Positions 41,723 through 51,415 are shown, numbered from the stretch's first letter. The stretch: DNA of 64,000 nt from Blastocatellia bacterium (GCA_963765495.1 CAVXWP010000001.1:768001-832000), one strand, 5' to 3'. The notes: generated by a model from the letters alone, not told the origin. A program made the numbers and translations.

Positions 41723-42577
41723 CTATCGCGCTCCGTGCGTAAGGAACGTGACGAAACTCGTCAGCCCCACAACGCTTGTGATCTTACTCATTTTCTTGAA
41801 CAGATTCCCGTGTACTATGATCGTATCGCCTGCCCGCAGGTAGGTGTTTTCTTCCGGGCTTGCCTGGCCCTTGAGTATCTTCTTCACGTCAACGGTGAGC
41901 GTCTTCACGCTGCCGTCTTCGTACTGTCTGAGGATGGATACCTTTGAACTGTTGCCGGTCTCAGCGATGCCGCCCGTAGCCGTTATGGCGTCAAGCACGC
42001 GCATCGGGCGCGAAAGCAGCACTACGCCCGGCTGTCGCACATCGCCGAGCACGCCTATCTTGGCGCTGTTGGCTTCAAGAAGCGAGAGCGTCACGCGCGG
42101 GTCTTTGATGTATTCCGAAATCGCCGTGGTGAAGTAATCCTGAAGCTGGCCGAGCGTTTTTCCGGCGACCGATATGTTGCCAAGCAGTGGGTAATAGACC
42201 TGCCCGAAAGGCGACACGGTGGTGTGCTCGATGGTGTCCTGGGGGTGACGGTCTACGTAGATGGCGATGATGTCGCCCGCGCCGAGCCGATAGGTGTTAT
42301 AGAAATTCTGATAGATCGAATTTATCTGCGCCTGGATAGCGGCTTCATCCGGGGGCGCGATTTGGTCGGCCGTGCCCGAAAGACTCGCCGAAGTCTTCAC
42401 GCCTGAGGCGCGCGGCTTTGCAGCCGCCGAGGTGTCATCAACCATTTTGGAGGAAGCGGATTTCGATTGCCCCTGCGCAGGAATCCCTGTACCCGAAAGG
42501 CCCAGGGCGATCATCGCCATCAGTGTGAAGCTCAGGAATTTTCTTGTTGTCGTCATCATATTCATACTCTTTCTCAC
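41723..42577 (-). CDS. Polysaccharide export protein (Wza/Poly_export + SLBB)
   Basis: YRLGAGD, G.VYYPLLG.ISVAGKT, VLGDVRQPG, DAI..TGG and LRAGDTIIV. Confidence 0.92.
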   Translation of the reverse strand: MRKSMNMMTTTRKFLSFTLMAMIALGLSGTGIPAQGQSKSASSKMVDDTSAAAKPRASGVKTSASLSGTADQIAPPDEAAIQAQINSIYQNFYNTYRLGAGDIIAIYVDRHPQDTIEHTTVSPFGQVYYPLLGNISVAGKTLGQLQDYFTTAISEYIKDPRVTLSLLEANSAKIGVLGDVRQPGVVLLSRPMRVLDAITATGGIAETGNSSKVSILRQYEDGSVKTLTVDVKKILKGQASPEENTYLRAGDTIIVHGNLFKKMSKITSVVGLTSFVTFLTHGAR

Positions 42578-42586
42578 GACGGGCGT

Positions 42587-43957
42587 TTATCTTCCCCCGC
42601 GACCGAACAGGACGATCTTGATCGTCTCGAATACAATTATCGCGTCCAGAATAAAGGACTGGTTTTTGATGTAGTAGAGGTCATACCTCAGTTTCTCTAT
42701 GGCGTCTTCGACCGACGCGCCGTAAGGATACTTGATCTGTGCCCAGCCGGTGAGTCCCGGTTTAACGAGATGTCGTTGAGTGTAGAAGGGGATGATTTCA
42801 GTCAACTGATCGACGAAGACCGGGCGTTCCGGGCGCGGGCCCACGAAGTTCATATCGCCCCGCAGGACGTTTACGAATTGCGGCAACTCGTCGAGCCTGA
42901 GCTTGCGAATGATCCGTCCCACTCGCGTGACGCGGGGGTCGGATTCGCCCGCCCAGACCGGGCCGTTGGCTTCGGCATCAATACGCATGGAGCGGAACTT
43001 GATTATGTTGAACCGGCGGTCGTTTTTGCCTAAGCGCTCCTGGATATAAAAGATCGGTCCGGCAGATTCGAGTTTGACCGCGATGGCCACAGCCAGCATT
43101 ATCGGCAGCGAGAGCAGAAACCCTACCGCCGCAAGAGCGAAATTAACGATCCTGCGCGTGTGATGAGCGATGTCCGAGAAACGGCTGCCGCTCGAAAATA
43201 TCAACCAGCTTGGCCTGAGCATATCGGTAGCGATCTTGCCCGTGAGCCGTTCGTAATAGCAGGCGCTCTCTTCGACCGCCGCCCTCCCGCTGAGGCTCAG
43301 GTTCAATAGTTCTTCGGTAGGAAACTGTCCGCGCCGATCTTCGACCGCGACAACTATACGATCAATCTGATGTTGCTCGACCAGATTCGATATATCGCTG
43401 GTCAGCCCGATTACGGAAGGATTTATCAGGCTCTTGCCGACGAGTTCGGGCTTGTTGTCTACGAACCCGACGATGTGAAATCCGGCGTTGCTGCGCTCAA
43501 GCGTGGCGCGGGCAAGCTCTATGGCCTGCTCTCCCGACCCGAGTATCAAGACGCGTTCGCGCACACCCAGTTGAGGATGTCCCGCGCTCCAGGCAACCAG
43601 CCACCGCCACGCAGTTATCAGAGCGAAGCTGATAGCGATCATCCACAGATAGACGCCGCGACCAAGCTGGAGCACCGGCAGGACGTAGAAAAGGATTGAT
43701 ATGAGGACAGTCGTTACACCGAGCGCCTTTACGAGGTTGATCATCACCCGGCGATAGCTGCGCATCGCAGGAAGATCGTAAAGATCGAAGAGGTAAAACG
43801 TCAGTTGAGCCACGAGCGCCACGAGCAAAAGCTTTTGCCAGCTCTGACGCTCAAGCACCTCATACCATATGGCGTTTGCCAATCTGATGTAGGTCGCGGC
43901 AAGTCCCGCCACGAGCATCAATACAAATTCGGCTGCTACCAGAAACATGCGTCTCAT
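42587..43957 (-). CDS. Priming (undecaprenyl-phosphate) sugar transferase, PEP-CTERM/XrtA-system-like
   Basis: [50 protein letters not shown] and YDLYYIKN. Confidence 0.93.
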   Translation of the reverse strand: MRRMFLVAAEFVLMLVAGLAATYIRLANAIWYEVLERQSWQKLLLVALVAQLTFYLFDLYDLPAMRSYRRVMINLVKALGVTTVLISILFYVLPVLQLGRGVYLWMIAISFALITAWRWLVAWSAGHPQLGVRERVLILGSGEQAIELARATLERSNAGFHIVGFVDNKPELVGKSLINPSVIGLTSDISNLVEQHQIDRIVVAVEDRRGQFPTEELLNLSLSGRAAVEESACYYERLTGKIATDMLRPSWLIFSSGSRFSDIAHHTRRIVNFALAAVGFLLSLPIMLAVAIAVKLESAGPIFYIQERLGKNDRRFNIIKFRSMRIDAEANGPVWAGESDPRVTRVGRIIRKLRLDELPQFVNVLRGDMNFVGPRPERPVFVDQLTEIIPFYTQRHLVKPGLTGWAQIKYPYGASVEDAIEKLRYDLYYIKNQSFILDAIIVFETIKIVLFGRGGR

Positions 43958-44065
43958 ATAATTTTCTCGTCAGTTGCGCCATTCAAGCGGTTGCAACTCA
44001 GGGGTGAGGGGGCATTAGTTTTAAATACGATTCTTAAAATCATCTTTTGATAATCTCAATAACCC

Positions 44066-45208
44066 TTATTTCTTGCGTTTGAACAGACGCCCAAAACCGC
44101 CCTTCGTTTTGCGGTTGTGATAGGCGATCTCTTCTTCAACCTGTGCCTCGTTCAGAACCACACCGACGCGGCGTTCCTTTGGCACAAGCTTGAGGGCGTC
44201 GGTCACATTGCTGTGATGAGTATTTCCTGCGCGGGTCACAAGCACTGTGCCGTCAACTATGGAAGCCAGCCGTTGCGCGTCGGCAAAATCGAGTATCGGG
44301 GGCGTGTCAATAATTATGAAATCAAAATGCTGCTCAAGCTCTGTCAACATCTCCTCGACGCGGGAAGAAGAGAGCGCGTCGGCTATCCCGGGAAGCCCGA
44401 CCTCGCTTTTGTCGCTCTTCGCCTTTGTAGAGGAATCGCCTACGCTGTTTGGCGTCATCACGTAAAGGCCGTTGGGATCGAGCCGTACGGCCGTGTCTTC
44501 GAATCGTTCGGTGCCTGCGAGCATATCGAGCCACCCGCTGCCTGACCGTATGCCGAGAAGACGGGCAACCGACGGGTAGCGCAGATCGGCGTCTATCAAA
44601 AGCACGCGCCGCTCGGAAGGTTTCGACATCACCCAGGCGAGATTCGTAGCCACGGTGGATTTGCCTTCGCCTTCGCGGGCGCTTGTGACGACAATCGTCT
44701 TGAGCTTGCGGCGAGCGGCCAGATTTAGCAGTCTGACCGCAAGCGTTCGGTAACGCTCGCTTGAAAGAACATCGTCGCCTGTGAGTGCCGCCATGTGCGG
44801 CTCGATGGTCAGCGTGGATGCATCTGCTATCTGTTTCGGCTCTACGAAAGAAGGTTTGGCGGGGGCTGCGACAGGCGCGGGAACCGCCTGCGGGAACTGT
44901 GCTTGCGGGAACTGCGCTTGTGGGAACTGGCCTATAGCCAGATTCGCGCCCGTGTAATCGACCGCTATCGGGTCCGTGTTGAGATCGAAGGGGAATGCCG
45001 GTGGCTGGTGGCCTTGTTCTGTCTGATCATTAAATCCGGTTTGTGCGGGCTGTTGCTCGACGAGATACTGGCCGGTGTTTTGTTGACCAGCGACGGGTTC
45101 CAGCGCTTGTGAAGACGCGTTTCCCGAAATCTCTGTGGGGCGACCGATTGGTCGGCTATTGTCTTTCCACCTATCGGATTTCAACAGTGCGTTGTAGACT
45201 CTGCCCAT
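44066..45208 (-). CDS. CpsD/CapB-family BY tyrosine kinase (Wzc C-terminal type)
   Basis: VTSAREGEGKST, VLLIDADLR and FIIIDTPP. Confidence 0.9.
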   Translation of the reverse strand: MGRVYNALLKSDRWKDNSRPIGRPTEISGNASSQALEPVAGQQNTGQYLVEQQPAQTGFNDQTEQGHQPPAFPFDLNTDPIAVDYTGANLAIGQFPQAQFPQAQFPQAVPAPVAAPAKPSFVEPKQIADASTLTIEPHMAALTGDDVLSSERYRTLAVRLLNLAARRKLKTIVVTSAREGEGKSTVATNLAWVMSKPSERRVLLIDADLRYPSVARLLGIRSGSGWLDMLAGTERFEDTAVRLDPNGLYVMTPNSVGDSSTKAKSDKSEVGLPGIADALSSSRVEEMLTELEQHFDFIIIDTPPILDFADAQRLASIVDGTVLVTRAGNTHHSNVTDALKLVPKERRVGVVLNEAQVEEEIAYHNRKTKGGFGRLFKRKK

Positions 45209-45236
45209 ATCAGTAGACCTTTCACACAGGAGCGGC

Positions 45237-46322
45237 TTAGGCGTGCCGGGTCACACGCACTCGCGAAAAGAACTTCGACGGCATTTCCTGATCGCTGTCG
45301 TTTTCAGAATCGATCACGAATCTTGCTTTGTTGCCTGCGACACTTGCGCTCTGCCCTGACGACGTTTCCGCAGGGTCGCGGTGGATGTAGTGAACGTTTG
45401 GCCCGGCCTGATCCTGATTTCTCGCCTGTGACCATCCATCGTTTTGCGGGTTGCGGGCCATAAATGCGTCTCGCTCGGCGCTGGCCTCGGCGGCCATCTG
45501 CATCGAAGTGGCCTCCATCGGCATCAGGTCGAGTTCCATGATCACATCGCTCACGATAGAGGCTGTAACGCGGGGGCTCTCTTCGCCAAAACCATTCAGC
45601 AGAGCGTTATCGCAGATGTTGTTTATGATGCGCGGGATGCCGCCGGAAAACTGATGGATTATGCGAATCGCTTCGGGCTCGAAAATGTTTTCGTCTCTGG
45701 CTCCGGCTACCCTCAATCGCCAGTGGATGTACTCGGCGGTTTCGCGGGCCGATAGCGGTTTGATCGAGCATTTGAGGCTGACGCGCTGCTTTAGTTGCCT
45801 CAGTTCCGGCTGTGCCAGCAGGTCGTGGAGTTCGGGCTGGCCGCACAATACGACCTGAAGCAGTTTGTCTCGATTGGTTTCAAAATTTGAGAGCAAACGG
45901 ATCTCTTCGAGCAGGTGACGGGGGAGCAGGTGCGCTTCGTCTACGACCAGCACCGTGCGAAGTCCCTGCGCGTGACGCGACATCAACACATAACCGAACA
46001 TCCGCAGCATAGTCGCTTTCGATGTCTGCGACCGCAGGCGAAACTCGCTTCCGAGCAGGTCAAAGAAATCTTCGGTCGAAAGCAGGGGATTGAAGATGTA
46101 GGCCGCAAGCACCGAACGGTCGAGCGATTGCAGCATCGAGCGCAGTATGGTGGTTTTGCCGGTTCCAACTTCGCCCGTAACCACTACCAGCCCTTTGCCG
46201 TTCTCGATTCCATACTGTAAGTTGGCAAAGACTTCGAGCAGGCTTTCGGTGCGGAACAGATACCGGGGGTCCGGCGCAAGACTGAATGGAATGTCGCGTA
46301 ATCCGTAAAATTGCTTGTACAT
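45237..46322 (-). CDS. ExeA-type AAA ATPase associated with EPS/PEP-CTERM loci
   Basis: MYKQFYGL...PFSLAPDP, GEVGTGKTT, VVDEAH, GQPEL and GGIPRIINNICDNALL. Confidence 0.92.
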   Translation of the reverse strand: MYKQFYGLRDIPFSLAPDPRYLFRTESLLEVFANLQYGIENGKGLVVVTGEVGTGKTTILRSMLQSLDRSVLAAYIFNPLLSTEDFFDLLGSEFRLRSQTSKATMLRMFGYVLMSRHAQGLRTVLVVDEAHLLPRHLLEEIRLLSNFETNRDKLLQVVLCGQPELHDLLAQPELRQLKQRVSLKCSIKPLSARETAEYIHWRLRVAGARDENIFEPEAIRIIHQFSGGIPRIINNICDNALLNGFGEESPRVTASIVSDVIMELDLMPMEATSMQMAAEASAERDAFMARNPQNDGWSQARNQDQAGPNVHYIHRDPAETSSGQSASVAGNKARFVIDSENDSDQEMPSKFFSRVRVTRHA

Positions 46323-46374
46323 TTATTCTCCCAATCCCTCTCGATTCAATTAAATGACTAATGGCGCGATCTTT

Positions 46375-47991
46375 TCACTTCCTGCCTATGAGGGCGAACA
46401 AATTTGCGACGATCAATAGTTTTGTGAGCGCCACGGTTGCCACAATCGCCACGGCTGTGCCGAGCGCCATTCGCATTCTCGCTCGCCGCTCGTTGCGCTT
46501 GCGATCCTCGGCCGTCTGCGTGCGAGGGATGGCGGCAAGCATCGGCAGCCTTGTGTAGTGCTCTACGTCCCTGGCGTCCTGAAGCGAGGTGAAGCTGCGC
46601 ATTTCAAGCAGAAACGCGAAACCGGCTCCCACGGCCAGCCCCAGGGCTACGGCCACAAGCGAGAGAAGGCGGCGATTTGGCCAGGCCGGCAGTTGAGGCA
46701 GGTTCGCCTGATCGAGCACGCGGAATTGCTCTACCTTATCGCTGCCGAGAGTCTGTTTCTTGAGTTCGGCGTCCTGTAGCTTGGCGAGCACCTCTTTGTA
46801 TGTCTGCTTGAGGCCCAGATAATCCTGAGCCATGCGCGCGGCTCCGGCATCGCGTGTGGCGGGAGACGCAGGCACGGCGGGAGCGGACGAGACGGCGGCT
46901 ACGGGCGGGTTGGCTATGCGGCGTTGGAGTTCGCGGCCTGTGACTTCAAGCTCGATCTTCAAGCGGTTGCGGTCAGATTCAAGCGCGCGGAGGTCGCGCA
47001 TCTCAGGCGACTGGTTGGTTCCGCCTTCCATCTGGCGGCGAAGTTCGGCTATCTGTTGATCTATGGCGGCTATCTGATCGTTTATGGCAATCACACGCGG
47101 GTGCTTATCCGTAAGCTCTTCGCTGTTGATGAGGTTATCGTGTTGGCCCTTAAGCTCTGTGCGTTTGGCAATGAGCGCGGCGTAGGTCGGGTTGTCGCGA
47201 AGATTGACGGTCTTCTTTTGCTGATCGACGATGTGCTGCTGCTCGCTTATGCGGCGCTCGACATCGGCCAGTTCCTGCTGGAGCTTGTATTGCTGATCCT
47301 TGAGGTTTTCAACGGTCATCTGCTGGGCGCGAAGCGCTTCGGCCGATACAGTGCCGCGCCCGCCCGAACCCGTTGGAACGACGGGAGCGTCTTCTTTTAG
47401 CGAGAGCAGCCAGGAGGCTTTCTCTTCAAGCTCGTGCAGTTGAGACGACAGATCGGCCGCGCGCTGGCGCAACACATCGGCTTCGCCCGAAACCTGAGAC
47501 TGCATCGCCTGAACGTTATCGGCTATAAGCTGGTCTGAGAGTTCCGCCGTCACTTTACGCGCGGTCTCGGGGTCGTTTGCGCGATATGAAATCGTAAAGG
47601 CATCGGTCACGTTATCTCTGCTCGAATTCACCTCGACCTTGATGGTCGAGCGCATCTCTTCGATCACATCGTCAATGCGCGTGCCTTTTTGAAGCTCGTT
47701 TTGATAGAGCCCGAACTTTGAAATGATCCCTTCAAGACGAGTGCGGCTTGTGACCTGCTGGCGTATGGTGGCCAGTCTGCGCGCAAGATCGAGCGATGCG
47801 TCCTCGCCTGAGCCTTTGCCCGAAGGTGAGTCTATGATTATAAAGGTCGAAGACTCATAGGCATTGGGCAACTGTTTTATGGCGACGGCCGACGAGATCA
47901 CGATGACGAGCGCCGGAACGATTATGGCAGCCTTGCGACGGCTTATACTGCGAAGATACTCGTTGATGGTGCGTGGTCTGAGCGAATCCAT
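46375..47991 (-). CDS. Wzz/GumC chain-length determinant (Wzc N-terminal type)
   Basis: N-terminal TM, LPNAYESS, coiled coil with TDKHPRVI, and EQFRVLDQANLP..P..PNR before a TM. Confidence 0.9.
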   Translation of the reverse strand: MDSLRPRTINEYLRSISRRKAAIIVPALVIVISSAVAIKQLPNAYESSTFIIIDSPSGKGSGEDASLDLARRLATIRQQVTSRTRLEGIISKFGLYQNELQKGTRIDDVIEEMRSTIKVEVNSSRDNVTDAFTISYRANDPETARKVTAELSDQLIADNVQAMQSQVSGEADVLRQRAADLSSQLHELEEKASWLLSLKEDAPVVPTGSGGRGTVSAEALRAQQMTVENLKDQQYKLQQELADVERRISEQQHIVDQQKKTVNLRDNPTYAALIAKRTELKGQHDNLINSEELTDKHPRVIAINDQIAAIDQQIAELRRQMEGGTNQSPEMRDLRALESDRNRLKIELEVTGRELQRRIANPPVAAVSSAPAVPASPATRDAGAARMAQDYLGLKQTYKEVLAKLQDAELKKQTLGSDKVEQFRVLDQANLPQLPAWPNRRLLSLVAVALGLAVGAGFAFLLEMRSFTSLQDARDVEHYTRLPMLAAIPRTQTAEDRKRNERRARMRMALGTAVAIVATVALTKLLIVANLFALIGRK

Positions 47992-48141
47992 TTTTACTCG
48001 CTTTGTCCCGTCTCTTTTGGGAGCAGGACCGTTAAAAGATGATCTGAAAATAACCTGCCTGATCTGTGCGCGCGATTCAGGCCTAACCATTCCATCTAAT
48101 GAAAGTGCCAATTGTGCCCGGGTTCCAGATGCGGGATAGGC

Positions 48142-48272
48142 AGTGATGCGTGATTCGTGACAGGTGATTCGTGACAGGTGATTCGTGACGGGTGAATCAT
48201 GAGATTTGGAGTCCATCGTAAGAAGAAAACCGCCTTTAAGTCACGGATCACGGATCACGCATCACCCATCAC
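48142..48272. repeat. Inverted heptamer-derived (GTGAT../..ATCAC) arrays
   Basis: gtgatgcgtgattcgtgacaggtgattcgtgacaggtgattcgtga ... tcacggatcacggatcacgcatcacccatcac. Confidence 0.75.
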
Positions 48273-48313
48273 ATGATGTGTATCACTTATTACGAATTAT
48301 TAAAATGAAAGTG

Positions 48314-48342
48314 TTGACAAGGCATGGGGAGTGAATTATAAC
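48314..48342 (+). promoter_or_regulatory. Near-consensus sigma70 promoter
   Basis: TTGACA-17 nt-TATAAC upstream of the LuxR-type gene. Confidence 0.65.
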
Positions 48343-48545
48343 CTTGCCGAAGCTACCTTTTGCCCTGTGAAAGTGTTCCCCGGGTCAATGCCGGCCATTG
48401 GCGCAAGTTGGTTGCCTCTGTAATAGCCCGGCTTTCGATCTCCCTGCCCCTCATTGGACTGGCGAGTTGCCGCATCAGGAGTTGAATTTGCACGATTGCA
48501 AAGGCTTCTCTGCCTCCTGCGAGCAATAATCAAATGAGGAATGAT

Positions 48546-49181
48546 ATGTTGGCTCAAGGGTCATATGGTTCTGCGTCCATCGAAGCACCCATGTCTGATG
48601 ATACTGACCGCCTGTATAGTCTGGCGGCTGCGCTCGATGAAATAAACGAAGGTGCGGTTTTCTTAAATCCGGAAGGGCAACTGGTCTGGCACAATCGAGC
48701 ATTTGATAAACTTCTGGTTGATAATAGCGAAGGTCATCTGCTGGTGGCTTCGGTCCTGGAGCTTGGAGCCGATTTTTATCAGGATTTCTATGAATTGCAG
48801 TACCCGGTCAAGCTGAACGGAGAGGCGCTGACCTCTGTTGTGCGCGAGGTTATGGTCGGTCGCATAGAGCATACGCTGCACTGCACCTTGATGCCGGCAG
48901 GGATGCTTGGAGCCGACAGCTATCTGTTATGTCTGGTCAAACGTTCGGCATCGCGATGGTCGAGCTATGGCGAGCATCTGCGCCAGACCTGGGGGCTTAC
49001 CGAGCGTGAATCTCAGGTAGCGCTCGAATGCCTCAGGGGCAAAAAGAACCTTGAAATAGCCGAACGGCTCAGGATAAGCGTCGAAACCGTGAATAAACAT
49101 CTCGATAAGGTCTATCAAAAAGCGTCCGTGAGGGGACGCGCTGAACTGGCTTCCCGCCTGCTCGACAGCGGGCTTTTCTGA
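48546..49181 (+). CDS. LuxR-type HTH regulator with PAS-like N-terminus
   Basis: ALDEINEGAVFLNPEGQLVWHNRAF and GLTERESQVA...GKKNLEIAERLRISVETVNKHL. Confidence 0.88.
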   Translation: MLAQGSYGSASIEAPMSDDTDRLYSLAAALDEINEGAVFLNPEGQLVWHNRAFDKLLVDNSEGHLLVASVLELGADFYQDFYELQYPVKLNGEALTSVVREVMVGRIEHTLHCTLMPAGMLGADSYLLCLVKRSASRWSSYGEHLRQTWGLTERESQVALECLRGKKNLEIAERLRISVETVNKHLDKVYQKASVRGRAELASRLLDSGLF

Positions 49182-49239
49182 CCGCTCAGATACGTAGAAG
49201 GCTTGCGCGCTTGCGGAGGGAAGAATTATTGTTGTTTTA

Positions 49240-49509
49240 ATGCGAATAGAGAAGAGTTCATCAACCGTATTCACTCCGCTTCCCGACGACAACGGTGTTT
49301 TGTTGAATCTGGAAACTCTCTATTATTACCGCCTCAACCGCACAGGCGCGATTATCTGGAAGCAGATAGATGATGGGGGAACCATCACGCTCGATGAACT
49401 GGTCAGAGGTGTTTGCGAGAGGTTCGAGGTAAACGAAGAGGCCGCGCGCCGCCATCTCGGCGCGTTTGTAGAGCAGCTTGAACAGTTCAAGATGGTCAGT
49501 GTTGCCTGA
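49240..49509 (+). CDS. PqqD/RRE-family protein
   Basis: GVLLNLETLYYYRLNRTGAIIW...LVRGVCERFEVNEEAARRHLGAFVEQL. Confidence 0.85.
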   Translation: MRIEKSSSTVFTPLPDDNGVLLNLETLYYYRLNRTGAIIWKQIDDGGTITLDELVRGVCERFEVNEEAARRHLGAFVEQLEQFKMVSVA

Positions 49510-49577
49510 TCGCTCACGACTTCCCGTTCAAGTATCGCAGGTTTCAAATCTCAAGTCTCAAATCTCAGATTCGATCC

Positions 49578-49624
49578 TGTCAAACTGACATGTTCTGTCA
49601 GGCCCAGGCATCGAAATTTGTCAG
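49578..49624. promoter_or_regulatory. Putative enhancer (bEBP-binding) sites
   Basis: TGTCA-aac-TGACA (49578-49590), overlapping CTGACA-N5-TGTCAG, and another TGTCA near 49619; about 70-110 bp upstream of the sigma54 motif. Confidence 0.5.
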
Positions 49625-49687
49625 TCACGGGGAAGTGCTCCAATGATAAATCGTTAGATTTTAACGGTTTAGACTCCCCTAAACAGG

Positions 49688-49702
49688 TGGCACGAAGCTT
49701 GC
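49688..49702 (+). promoter_or_regulatory. Sigma54 (-24/-12) promoter
   Basis: TGGCAC-GAAGC-TTGC matches the TGGCAC-N5-TTGC consensus. Confidence 0.8.
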
Positions 49703-49713
49703 CCAAATAAATT

Positions 49714-49850
49714 ACGCAGCACGAAAGGCTGCACAGCGGACGGGGTTACGGGGGCAACACCGTCCGCCGTCAAATCGAAGAAGTAAATAGGAGAGCCACA
49801 GGGATCGGAGTTAGGGGGGCAACACCGATTTCTGTGGTTCGTGCTGTTTA
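49714..49850 (+). ncRNA. Putative structured RNA with two isostructural G-rich-loop hairpins
   Basis: Hairpins 49736-49767 and 49795-49838 share GUU-A(C/G)GGGGGC-AAC caps; 5' CAGCACGAA can pair with 3' TTCGTGCTG; starts at the predicted sigma54 +1. Confidence 0.6.
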
Positions 49851-49949
49851 CGGGCTTTATTCAGAAAATGTTTGCCCGCGCTTAACGCATCTGTAACTGC
49901 TCTTTCGTATGCTTTTATTAGAAGAGTGTGCGAAGGAGGCGAGTATTTT

Positions 49950-50168
49950 ATGTCAATCACAGTTTCAAACGTCGAATCCTTCCTGCCTGGTCAGATGGTG
50001 CAAACCAGTTTCGGACAGGGCGTAGTATCGGCCATCAGCCGTCTGGATTCGATCATATATGTAACTCTGTCAAAACACCCTGCGGGCCTTTACCTCTTGC
50101 GCCCCGAACAAGTGGAGGCATTAGGCGGCGCAGATTCGGCAAGCGTTGATCGCAGACACGATCTGTGA
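49950..50168 (+). CDS. Small hypothetical protein (72 aa, possible SH3/KOW-like barrel)
   Basis: AAGGAGG RBS; FLPGQMVQTSFGQGVVSAI pattern. Confidence 0.65.
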   Translation: MSITVSNVESFLPGQMVQTSFGQGVVSAISRLDSIIYVTLSKHPAGLYLLRPEQVEALGGADSASVDRRHDL

Positions 50169-50193
50169 GCTTGCCGAGGACGCGGAGGCTGTA

Positions 50194-50325
50194 ATGGAAT
50201 TTATGACCGTCACGGGAGTATCTGATAAACGGCGTTATATCGCGATATATCGTAAATGGTTCAACGATAAACTTGGAGCCTGGGAATTTGAGATGATACC
50301 CGGCACCCTCCGCTGGCTTGATTAA
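50194..50325 (+). CDS. Microprotein, 43 aa (not in ORF track)
   Basis: GGAGG RBS; MEFMTVTGVSDKRRYIAIYRKWFNDKLGAWEFEMIPGTLRWLD. Confidence 0.5.
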   Translation: MEFMTVTGVSDKRRYIAIYRKWFNDKLGAWEFEMIPGTLRWLD

Positions 50326-50550
50326 AGAAAAACCTCGAAGGGTCTTGATAGATTCTTTCCAGACGATTTATCTGTTTGCGCCGGTCCCTGGCGCGGTATT
50401 CAGTCGATTTCTTGCCTGGCTGCATCCGGTTTGCCGTAAGCCGGTCCTTCTGCTCTTGACTTTTTATCCTTCTGCTATAAAGTGATTTCGGTGTTGTCAG
50501 GCCCTGACAACTTCATTGAACAATACGGAGTTTTTAAGGAGAAAATCGAC

Positions 50551-51204
50551 ATGGCATTTTGTCCGAGGTGTGGCACGCAAAGCACCGAATGGGAGCAGGT
50601 CTGCCGCCAGTGCTCATCCCCGCTCCCGAATCGCCCGGCGGAAAACCCTTACGGCGCGCAGCCACCCATGCAGCAACCGCCGCCACAGATGCCGCCTTAT
50701 GGCGCCCCGCCCGTTTATGGCGGCTATCAGCAGCAGCCCGCTTACGGCTATGGAGCGCCTTACTCAGGAGCCTACGCAAGTATAGGCAAGCGCATCGCCG
50801 CTGTGTTGCTGGACGGATTGCTTGGATTTGCAGCAGAGGTGCCCGGATTCGTGTTCATTGCGATTGGAGCAGCTTCGGCAGGCCCCAGCGGACGCTTGGA
50901 AGGCGGAGCCGCCGCGCTGTTTTTTCTCGGATACTTCATTGCATTCGTAGGCGCGCTCGGCATAGGTATTTATAATATCTATTTGCTGGGTCGGGACGGC
51001 GCGTCGCTCGGAAAGAGGTGGATGCACATTAAAGTGCTCGACCCCGCCGGCCAGCCGCTCGGATTCGGCAAGGCTTTCCTGCGCGAGTTTCTCAAAGGGC
51101 TGATTGGAGGTCTTTGCTTTATCCTCTGGCTCTGGCCGCTCTGGGACAAGGAGCAACAGGGCCTTCACGATAAGATCTTCGGCACTCACGTCTATGACGC
51201 TTGA
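50551..51204 (+). CDS. Zn-ribbon + RDD-family membrane protein
   Basis: FCPRCG...CRQC, a Pro/Gln/Tyr linker, YASIGKRIAAVLLD, GASLGKR and QGLHDKIFGT; AAGGAG RBS. Confidence 0.9.
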   Translation: MAFCPRCGTQSTEWEQVCRQCSSPLPNRPAENPYGAQPPMQQPPPQMPPYGAPPVYGGYQQQPAYGYGAPYSGAYASIGKRIAAVLLDGLLGFAAEVPGFVFIAIGAASAGPSGRLEGGAAALFFLGYFIAFVGALGIGIYNIYLLGRDGASLGKRWMHIKVLDPAGQPLGFGKAFLREFLKGLIGGLCFILWLWPLWDKEQQGLHDKIFGTHVYDA

Positions 51205-51222
51205 GGCTGATAGAGCTTTTCG

Positions 51223-51393
51223 TTACCACTTCAGGACGAGCGCGAGCCCAATTCCGAGAACCATCAGGCCTACTCCGTCGAGGGGCAGTTTCGAGCTTCG
51301 ACGTGACAGGCTCAATATCAGGTGGACGATGTAGACCACAGCGCCGATCAGAAAAATAATTCCGCCTATTCCGAGATTTCCTAAATTTGGCAT
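51223..51393 (-). CDS. Small two-TM membrane protein, 56 aa (not in ORF track)
   Basis: GGGAGA RBS; MPNLGNLGIGGIIFLIGAVVYIVHLILSLSRRSSKLPLDGVGLMVLGIGLALVLKW. Confidence 0.6.
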   Translation of the reverse strand: MPNLGNLGIGGIIFLIGAVVYIVHLILSLSRRSSKLPLDGVGLMVLGIGLALVLKW

Positions 51394-51415
51394 GTTAAAT
51401 CTCCCGCAAAGCCTC

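Noticed and set aside
48095-48125. Sigma54 promoter for the EPS operon (TGGCAC on the minus strand)
   Set aside because: There is no GC at the required -12 spacing.
47992-48216. N-terminal extension of the Wzz/GumC ORF
   Set aside because: It translates the heptamer repeats (SRITCHESRIT); family-like sequence begins at ATG 47991.
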